DNA of 64,000 nt from Thermodesulfobacteriota bacterium. GTDB taxonomy: Bacteria; Desulfobacterota; Binatia; Bin18. The stretch is from NCBI GenBank assembly GCA_964291405.2, contig OZ219926.1:2368001-2432000 (forward strand), written 5' to 3'. A model generated the notes under the pieces. The model did not search any database, was not told where the DNA came from, and saw only the letters and a list, made by a program, of their open reading frames with translations. Positions 57,430-64,000 of this stretch are shown here, piece by piece. A program made the position numbers and the translations under genes. Positions within the stretch are counted from its first letter, which is position 1; every line of letters begins with the position of its first letter.

Positions 57430-58491
57430 ATGAAGAGTAAACGTGTCCTCCAATCAGACAAAAAAGCTGAACGCGTTTACTCTTTGCGGAACGAGCGCGG
57501 CGTTATCTTGATTGTGGTTGTGTGGGCGCTGATGGTGCTCATGGTTGTGGCGATTGAGCTCGGCCGGACCGCCCGGGTGGAGGGGCTGAGTACCGATGTC
57601 TACCAACAGGAGGTCAAAACCTATTATTTAGCCCTCGCCGGGTTGAACCGTGCCCTCTACCAGCTCATCCGGACGAGCCAGCAAGGCCGAACGCGGGATA
57701 CCCGAGACGACGATCGGCTGGGCCCACGCGACCGGCTGAGCGATGATGAGCCAGAGGAATGCCCGGACCTCTGGCTACTGGGCGATGGCCAGTGGAGAAA
57801 CGAACCCTATGGCGAGGGTGGGTACCAGGTCCGGGTCAGTGACGAGAGCGGCAAAATCAATATCAACCAGGCGGATGAGATTATTTTACGCCAGACCTTT
57901 ACCAATCTGGACTTTGATCCGGACTTCGGGGATGCCTTGGCCGATGCCATCCTCGACTGGCGCGACCCGGACCCCTTAGAGCGGCTGAATGGGGTTGAGA
58001 GTGACTATTACCTGGCCCAGGACATTTCCTATCCGGCCAAGGACGGACCGCTCGACACGATTGACGAACTCCTGCTGGTCCGTGACGTCACCCAGAACCT
58101 CTTCTACAACACCCTGAACGAAGTGTTCACGGTGTATGGCAATGCGCGCAGCGGCAATATGGCCAATGCACAAACCGCAAACGCCCTCGTACTCCGGGCC
58201 ATACAGGGGGTTGATGCGGAAACCGCGGAGGAAACGATCCGGCAAAGGCGCGAAAACTGCGGGGAAGAGTTCTTGGACGCGACCGCAGCACGGGGGGGTC
58301 TGCCCACGATTGTCACTATAGAGAGCGTCGGCTATCTGGACACCGGACGTATCACCCGCCGGCTGGCCGGAGTGATTGACCGCACAGACAACCAGTCCTA
58401 TCGGGTGCTACGCTGGCATGACCGTCTGCCTTCACAGGCCCTCCCGCTCAGAAAAGACGATTTTGAAGACGAAGAAGAAGGGTGGTTCTGA
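57430..58491 (+). CDS. gspK: Type II secretion minor pseudopilin K
   Basis: ERGVILIVVVW, DESGKININ, AILDWRDPD, ELLLV. Confidence 0.88.
   Translation: MKSKRVLQSDKKAERVYSLRNERGVILIVVVWALMVLMVVAIELGRTARVEGLSTDVYQQEVKTYYLALAGLNRALYQLIRTSQQGRTRDTRDDDRLGPRDRLSDDEPEECPDLWLLGDGQWRNEPYGEGGYQVRVSDESGKININQADEIILRQTFTNLDFDPDFGDALADAILDWRDPDPLERLNGVESDYYLAQDISYPAKDGPLDTIDELLLVRDVTQNLFYNTLNEVFTVYGNARSGNMANAQTANALVLRAIQGVDAETAEETIRQRRENCGEEFLDATAARGGLPTIVTIESVGYLDTGRITRRLAGVIDRTDNQSYRVLRWHDRLPSQALPLRKDDFEDEEEGWF
57433..57485. repeat. Palindromic element family A, copy 12 (encodes the GspK leader)
   Basis: AAGAGTAAACGTGTCC...GAACGCGTTTACTCTTT. Confidence 0.85.
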
Positions 58492-58505
58492 GCCGGGCCG
58501 TCGAA

Positions 58506-59000
58506 TTACGCCTCCAGCTCATCCGACCGACGGGCAACTTCTTCTTCATGAACGGTGAATTCCCCGTCTGCATAACTCGCCAGGAAGTATAGATCGCCTG
58601 GTCCGCGTTTCCCGAATTTTCGCGCTTGCTTTATCAGTCGGCCTCGTAATCCGGGCTTGTCGTCGAAGATCATCACCCGATAGTCAGCCCGTGCCAGAGG
58701 AAGCTTCTGGAAGTCGTCCCAGACATCCCTCTCGTTTCCCCACTCGATTTCCGCCACGAGTGCAATATCACTGACCAGAAATTTCTCGGTCGCCTTCAGC
58801 CACACCACGTCATAGAGCCACTCTGTGGGCCAAGTGGCCGCCTCAATGTTTGTGGCACACGTTTGATACTGCTCTTGTCCGCCCAGGCGCACCAATAATT
58901 TTTTGATTTTGTGCGTCCATTTCTTGCGGCCCCATCCTCCTGCTTTCTTTGCGTCTGCGGCTAGGCGATTCAACGCTCCTTCTAGTTCATCTCTCCTCAT
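58506..59000 (-). CDS. Hypothetical protein, possible PD-(D/E)xK nuclease fold
   Basis: YDVVW...LVAEIEW...DDFQKL pattern; GGAGG SD. Confidence 0.55.
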   Translation of the reverse strand: MRRDELEGALNRLAADAKKAGGWGRKKWTHKIKKLLVRLGGQEQYQTCATNIEAATWPTEWLYDVVWLKATEKFLVSDIALVAEIEWGNERDVWDDFQKLPLARADYRVMIFDDKPGLRGRLIKQARKFGKRGPGDLYFLASYADGEFTVHEEEVARRSDELEA

Positions 59001-59194
59001 TGATCCGAATCCTCCTCCCCACCTCGAAGTGCGATAAAACGGTTTCTGGTACCAGGAATCGCTGTTTTCGATTCTATCATACAGAGTCTCGGCTGTCAGA
59101 TGAGCGCGACGTAAGCCGACAGCTCTCTGAGTGGTTATCAGATGCTTAAAAAGGGATTATCGTAGCGTTAATGCCAGCGGAGGTAAGGAGAGAG

Positions 59195-59662
59195 ATGCAG
59201 CAGAAATTCATGAGCAGGGCTATAGAGCTCTCGCGCACTCATATGAGAGCAGGGGAAGACGGGCCATTCGGTGCGGTCGTCGTCAAGGGCGGAGCAATCA
59301 TTGCAGAGGGGTATAATGCGGTCATCTCCAGCAAGGACCCCACGGCCCACGCGGAGATCATGGCCATCAGGCGGGCGGCCTCTACGCTCGACAGCTTCCA
59401 CCTCGGGGGATGCGAAATCTACACCAGTTGCGAACCCTGCCCCATGTGCCTCGCCGCCATCTACTGGGCGAGAATTGAGAAAATTTATTTCGCCAATACT
59501 ACTGAAGACGCCAGAGATATTGGCTTCGACGACAAAGTTTTTTACCAGGAATTACAACGGCTGTGGGCCGAGCGCCAAATCCCCGCCCAGCAATTGCTGC
59601 GCGAGCAGGCGTTAGCGGTCTTTCGGGAGTGGCAGGGAAAGGTGGGGCACATAGAGTACTAG
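59195..59662 (+). CDS. Zinc-dependent nucleoside/guanine deaminase
   Basis: GPFGAVVV, DPTAHAE, SCEPCPMC, IGFDD. Confidence 0.9.
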   Translation: MQQKFMSRAIELSRTHMRAGEDGPFGAVVVKGGAIIAEGYNAVISSKDPTAHAEIMAIRRAASTLDSFHLGGCEIYTSCEPCPMCLAAIYWARIEKIYFANTTEDARDIGFDDKVFYQELQRLWAERQIPAQQLLREQALAVFREWQGKVGHIEY

Positions 59663-59699
59663 GGAAATTCACGATTCCGTATAGTCGGTGAGTTTCTTC

Positions 59700-59728
59700 C
59701 GTCATTCCGACGAAAGCCGAAATCCAGG
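59700..59728. repeat. CGTC-type REP-like palindrome
   Basis: CGTCATTCCGACGAAAGCCGAAATCCAG between convergent genes. Confidence 0.55.
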
Positions 59729-59749
59729 CTCCCGGCTCCGCCGAGCGCA

Positions 59750-60103
59750 TCACGCCGCGCGCGGGGTGACCTCCCGTTCGATCTTGCGCCGGAGCGTATG
59801 CGCGGCGACATCAAGATCATAGCGCGTCTGAAGATTGAGCCAGAACTCCGGCGTCGTCCCGAAATAGCATCCCAGGCGGAGCGCGGTATCAGTCGTCACG
59901 GCACGGCGGCCATGCACGATATCGTTCAACCGTGGCCGTGACACCTTGAGTATCCGGGCGAGCCGGTACACGCTGAGTTCCAGCGGTACGAGGAACTCGT
60001 CACGGAGAATCTCGCCGGGATGGACCGGCGGTAGCCGCCGCCCGGATGTCACGTCTGAGAAATCCACCCGTCCCCGGTCTACATCGCTACGCTTGATAGT
60101 CAT
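59750..60103 (-). CDS. higA: HigA-family antitoxin (orphan)
   Basis: PVHPGEILRDEFL, HTH, TALRL, FWLNLQTRYDL. Confidence 0.88.
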   Translation of the reverse strand: MTIKRSDVDRGRVDFSDVTSGRRLPPVHPGEILRDEFLVPLELSVYRLARILKVSRPRLNDIVHGRRAVTTDTALRLGCYFGTTPEFWLNLQTRYDLDVAAHTLRRKIEREVTPRAA

Positions 60104-60190
60104 GTCATCCTCACTCCTCACAAGTCCCGTGTGTCGGATTAGCGCGGCGTAATCCGACACTCCCAGCCCAGGCGAATTACGGCACCCTTG

Positions 60191-60427
60191 TCACGCCTCC
60201 TCATCCTCCAGTTCCGATTCCAGCAATTCCTCCTGTTCTTCCAGGCGGACCTGAAGGGTGCTCAGCGCTTCAAACACGGAACGCACCGCTTCCTGAAAGT
60301 CCTCCTCGGCACTGACCACTCCGGCGGCCACACGGGCTTCGCAATCCTGACTCACCTCTGCAATGGACAGTTTGGCCGACTTCACCAGACCGATCCATTG
60401 ACCGATAATCGCAAACGCATCTTCCAT
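60191..60427 (-). CDS. Small acidic helical hypothetical protein
   Basis: AAGGAGG SD before ATG; amphipathic 78-aa ORF. Confidence 0.55.
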   Translation of the reverse strand: MEDAFAIIGQWIGLVKSAKLSIAEVSQDCEARVAAGVVSAEEDFQEAVRSVFEALSTLQVRLEEQEELLESELEDEEA

Positions 60428-60485
60428 CCGGGCTGCCTCCTTTGGTAGACTAAGAGCCCTCACATCTACAGGAAAGGGGAACTGT

Positions 60486-61688
60486 ATGCGACAGGTTGCA
60501 CTCGTTGGAGCGGGGATGACGCGCTTTGGCAAACATGTGGATCGCAGTATGAAGGATTTGGCCCGTGAGGCGATTGAAGGGGCCGTACAATCGGCAGGGG
60601 TCACTACGCAGGATATTGAGGCCGCGGCCGTGGGGAATGCGGTGGCCGGTCTGATTACCGGACAGGAGTGTATCCGGGGTCAGGTCGTGCTGCGCGAACT
60701 CGGCATCGGCGGCATCCCGGTCATTAACACGGAAAACGCGTGTGCCAGTTCTTCCACCGCCTTTCATCTGGCCTGGCTCTACGTCGCGTCCGGGATGTAT
60801 GACGTTGTACTCGCGCTGGGGATGGAGAAACTCTTTCATCCGGATAAGCAGCGGACGTTCGAGGCGATTGGCAGCGCCATCGATCTTGAGCTGGCCGATA
60901 CCTTTGCCAGAGAGATGAGCGGCGAGCAGAGTGCGGGGGCCGGTCAGTCCCGCAGCGTTTTCATGGACTATTATGCCAACCTCGCCCGCCAGCATATGCA
61001 GCGCTACGGCACGACGCGGAAACAGTTTGCCCGCATCGCCGCCAAGAATCACACCAACGGGAGTCTGAACCCGCATGCCCAATATCAAACCAAGCGCTCG
61101 GTCGAAGATGTGCTGGCCGCACCCCTCATCGCGGACCCCCTCACCCGCATGATGTGTTCTCCCATTGGTGATGGCGCGGCCGCGGTCCTGGTGACAACAG
61201 CCGATAAGGCCCGCCGACTCACTACCCGGCCCGTCTATGTCAAAGCTTCGACCTTGGGTTCAAGCAATAAACAGGCGGCCGATTCCCCTGGCATCGTCCC
61301 GTCAGTCGCCCGCAAAGCATACGAGCAGGCTGGACTTGGACCGGATGATCTCCAGGTAATCGAGGCCCACGACGCGACTGCTCCAGCCGAACTGCTGGTG
61401 TATGAAGAACTGGGCCTGTGCCAAGCGGGCGAGGGCGGGAAACTCATTGACGAGGGCGTGACCCAGCTTGGCGGCCGCTGCCCGGTCAATCCAAGCGGCG
61501 GTCTCCTGGCCAAGGGTCATCCGGTCGGCGCGACTGGAGTGGCCCAGATCTGCGAAATATTCTGGCAGCTCCGCGACGAAGCGGGTGAGCGGCAGGTCGT
61601 GGGCGCCAAGGTCGGCCTGACCGAAAACGGCGGCGGCGTCCTGGACGGCGAAAACGCAGTCGCGTCCGTGCATGTGTTTAGCGTCTGA
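60486..61688 (+). CDS. Thiolase family protein (SCP-x type)
   Basis: ENACASSS, KNH, CSPIGDGAAA, EAHD, NPSGGLLAKGHPVGATG. Confidence 0.92.
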   Translation: MRQVALVGAGMTRFGKHVDRSMKDLAREAIEGAVQSAGVTTQDIEAAAVGNAVAGLITGQECIRGQVVLRELGIGGIPVINTENACASSSTAFHLAWLYVASGMYDVVLALGMEKLFHPDKQRTFEAIGSAIDLELADTFAREMSGEQSAGAGQSRSVFMDYYANLARQHMQRYGTTRKQFARIAAKNHTNGSLNPHAQYQTKRSVEDVLAAPLIADPLTRMMCSPIGDGAAAVLVTTADKARRLTTRPVYVKASTLGSSNKQAADSPGIVPSVARKAYEQAGLGPDDLQVIEAHDATAPAELLVYEELGLCQAGEGGKLIDEGVTQLGGRCPVNPSGGLLAKGHPVGATGVAQICEIFWQLRDEAGERQVVGAKVGLTENGGGVLDGENAVASVHVFSV

Positions 61689-61694
61689 TCGCTC

Positions 61695-61799
61695 AAAAGA
61701 AAAAGGCTCGCAGGGTAAAGGAGGGGAAACCTGCGAGCCTTGAACCATCGTCAGGACGGGGAGGACCTGACGATGATGACCTGAACGATTTGTTCAATG
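61695..61799 (-). ncRNA. Putative sRNA with two C-rich hairpin loops, sibling copy 2
   Basis: TTGTTA-17-TATAGT promoter (61834-61806); loops CUCCCCG and UUUCCCCUCCUUU; U-tract. Confidence 0.75.
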
Positions 61800-61883
61800 A
61801 GGAGGACTATAGCCGAGGTAGCCGACTTTAACAAGATAAGTTTAACTGAATTAAATTTGTTTTATTTATAAGATATACTTATT

Positions 61884-63176
61884 TTAAAATAAGATTTGGG
61901 TCTGGACGCGCAGGCGATCGGCACCCGTGCTCTTGCCCACAAATGGGTCTCCATCTAGGAAGCTGTAGTCCACCTGGAGTTTGACCCCGTGCCCGTACAG
62001 ATAGTAATTAAATCCTCCCATGTATTCTCGCATATCCCCTGCCGTTCTGGGGTTATTGGCAAACTGAAAATCCACCCCGGAGACCCGCCCAGCTATCTCC
62101 AGTTTTTCCGTCAGATAGTACCCAATCTGGCCGTAGTAGCCCCAGTCATGGCCGGTCTTGTTGAGGGATTCGAGATTATTACGGCGGTAGTAGCCCGCAG
62201 CCTGAACACTGAGGCTCTGATAACGGAAGCCACCATCGATGGTGACATTGGTCGTACGGTCGCCGGGCATCACGTTCTGAAAGCGGGAAGCTTGATCGAC
62301 TGGGTTAAAAGCCGCGGCCATCCCGATTGAAAGCTGCGGGTCCGGGGCCAGGGTTGGGGAGCTTTCCAGATAGCCGTAGGGATCAAGGATGTCGTATTCC
62401 AGACGCCCCTGCCAGGCGACTTCGGCGCCAGCGTTCTGCTGTCCGCCCGCGTCCAAGGCTCGGATACTGTTAGTGGCCAGCGCGTGATAGGACAGCCGAC
62501 CGACTTTCCCACTGATGTGCAGGCCAATCGCCCGGTGTAAATTAAAGGCATAATCCGCTTCGGACAGGTCCGGGAACAGCAGGTGTCCAGGGTGTGCGTA
62601 GAACTGACGGCTATAGGGCAGGAGAAAGCGCCCAGCTTGCGCCCTCAGGTATGGGGAGTGACTATACTGCATCCACCAGTCAAGCAGGGTCGATCGGTTG
62701 CTGTTGCCGAGAGTGGTCGTTTCGTACTGAAAGAAATATTTGACTTTGGGATCAAAGACATTCCCGGAAAACGCCAAGTGAGCCAGAGCCACGTCGAAAT
62801 TATTGCGGCTTCGACCAGCATCCGGGGCCGTCAGCATGTATCTAGCTTGCAGGAAACCATTGAGGGTGAGCGAGTAACGTCCATCCTTGCTGCGGATAAA
62901 AAACCCCTTGTCATACATATCCTCTGCAGCAAGGCCTTGCTTACGAGAGCCTGCCGCATAACCAAAATCGACTCCTTTCTCGGTCCGTTCCTTCTCCTTT
63001 GCTTCGAGTTCCATCATGCGGCTCTCAAGAGCCTGCATGACCTTGTGCTGCGCGGCGAGTTGTTGGCGTAACTCGCCGAGCTCATCGGCCAACACCGGGG
63101 TCACAAGGATGCTGAGAATAATACCTGCAATGAGACGAACTCGGGCGACAAAACCTCCTCTTCCTCTCATATCCAT
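61884..63176 (-). CDS. Outer-membrane porin (OprO/P-like fold)
   Basis: Signal peptide, coiled-coil N-terminus, amphipathic strands, GFNYYLYGH, C-terminal Phe; GGAG SD. Confidence 0.75.
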   Translation of the reverse strand: MDMRGRGGFVARVRLIAGIILSILVTPVLADELGELRQQLAAQHKVMQALESRMMELEAKEKERTEKGVDFGYAAGSRKQGLAAEDMYDKGFFIRSKDGRYSLTLNGFLQARYMLTAPDAGRSRNNFDVALAHLAFSGNVFDPKVKYFFQYETTTLGNSNRSTLLDWWMQYSHSPYLRAQAGRFLLPYSRQFYAHPGHLLFPDLSEADYAFNLHRAIGLHISGKVGRLSYHALATNSIRALDAGGQQNAGAEVAWQGRLEYDILDPYGYLESSPTLAPDPQLSIGMAAAFNPVDQASRFQNVMPGDRTTNVTIDGGFRYQSLSVQAAGYYRRNNLESLNKTGHDWGYYGQIGYYLTEKLEIAGRVSGVDFQFANNPRTAGDMREYMGGFNYYLYGHGVKLQVDYSFLDGDPFVGKSTGADRLRVQTQILF

Positions 63177-63354
63177 ACTCCTTCCTTTGGACGGTGAGGC
63201 GACTGTGGGAGCTCGATGCGAAACTGTACTGGGATAAAACGCGGGTAGGCGGACCGCTCCCACGGGCTCCCAGCCACGGCATAGTGACGTAATCTATGAC
63301 ACAGTACGAGAGCGATCGCTACGAAATTTTCAGCGCCGGAGTCGGTTTGAACGA

Positions 63355-63393
63355 AAAGGCCCGCAGGAGAGAGGAAACCCGCGGGCCTTTTTG
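63355..63393 (-). terminator. Terminator after ureC (bidirectional hairpin)
   Basis: AAAAGGCCCGCAGG...CCCGCGGGCCTTTTT. Confidence 0.8.
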
Positions 63394-63398
63394 TCTCG

Positions 63399-64000
63399 TC
63401 AGAAGAGAAAATAGCGTTGGGCGAGAGGGAGGACCTGAGCCGGCTCACAGGTAAGTATTTCACCGTCGGCCTTGACGACGTAGGTCTCCGGGTTGACCTC
63501 TATCTCCGGCAGGGCCTGGTTGTGGATCAAGTCTTTTTTCCCGACGCTCCGACAACCCTGGACCGGGACGAACGGCTTCTGGAGCCGTAAGCGCTGACCT
63601 AGGCCGTTTTCGTAGGCGGCGCGCGAAACAAAGCTCATGGACAGCGAGGCCGGGGCTCGCCCCAGGTGGCCAAACATCGGCCGTCCGAACACCGGTTGGG
63701 GGGTTGGAATTGAGGCGTTGGGATCGCCCATCGCCGCCCAGGCGATGAAACCACCCTTGAGGATCAGTTCCGGTTTCACACCAAAGAATTTCGGCTCCCA
63801 CACCACCAAGTCGGCCAGCTTGCCCACCTCAATCGAGCCCACCTGGCGGGCGATGCCGTGGGTCAGCGCCGGATTGATGGTGTACTTGGCAATATAACGT
63901 TTGACCCGAAAATTATCGTTCTCTCCCGTCTCTTCCGGCAGGCGACCGCGTTGGACTCGCATCTTATGGGCGGTCTGCCAGGTACGGAGTATCACTTCTC
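63399..64000 (-). CDS. ureC: Urease alpha subunit (3' part only)
   Basis: [49 protein letters not shown]. Confidence 0.97.
   Translation of the reverse strand, partial: EVILRTWQTAHKMRVQRGRLPEETGENDNFRVKRYIAKYTINPALTHGIARQVGSIEVGKLADLVVWEPKFFGVKPELILKGGFIAWAAMGDPNASIPTPQPVFGRPMFGHLGRAPASLSMSFVSRAAYENGLGQRLRLQKPFVPVQGCRSVGKKDLIHNQALPEIEVNPETYVVKADGEILTCEPAQVLPLAQRYFLF

Noticed and set aside
63283-63301. GTCATA...GTCACT direct repeat upstream of the second porin as a Pho box
   Set aside because: Spacing is 12 bp rather than 11 and there are only two half-sites.

Overview
GC-rich chromosomal window from a Gram-negative bacterium; the gene content looks deltaproteobacteria-like (e.g. Binatia/Tectomicrobia), but taxonomy cannot be fixed from this sequence. 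In order it holds: partial murF and cca; a complete Pho module (oprO/P-pstSCAB-phoU-phoB-phoR); a GST-acr3-receiver operon; mgtE divergent from ppk1; bamD; a sulfur cluster (moeB-like 1, CysO/MoaD-like carrier, cysM, moeB-like 2, cysD, cysNC); two tandem PhoX-like genes with a diheme partner; CoA/lipid catabolic genes and aspS; an McrBC + MazEF defence islet; LLM oxidoreductases; gspHIJK; an orphan HigA; a porin and the 3' end of ureC. Most notable: (1) two ThiF/MoeB paralogues with complementary losses, suggesting a bacterial heterodimeric E1 like eukaryotic SAE1/UBA2; (2) two unannotated ~100-nt sibling sRNAs 45 kb apart with a shared promoter motif, C-rich loops and compensatory stem changes; (3) a tandem pair of Pho-box-driven hairpin RNAs before ppk1; (4) several dispersed palindromic repeat families that have entered protein-coding sequence (PhoR, PhoB, GspK leader, CysNC linker, a signal peptide). 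All calls come from reading motifs by eye; no database searches were run.
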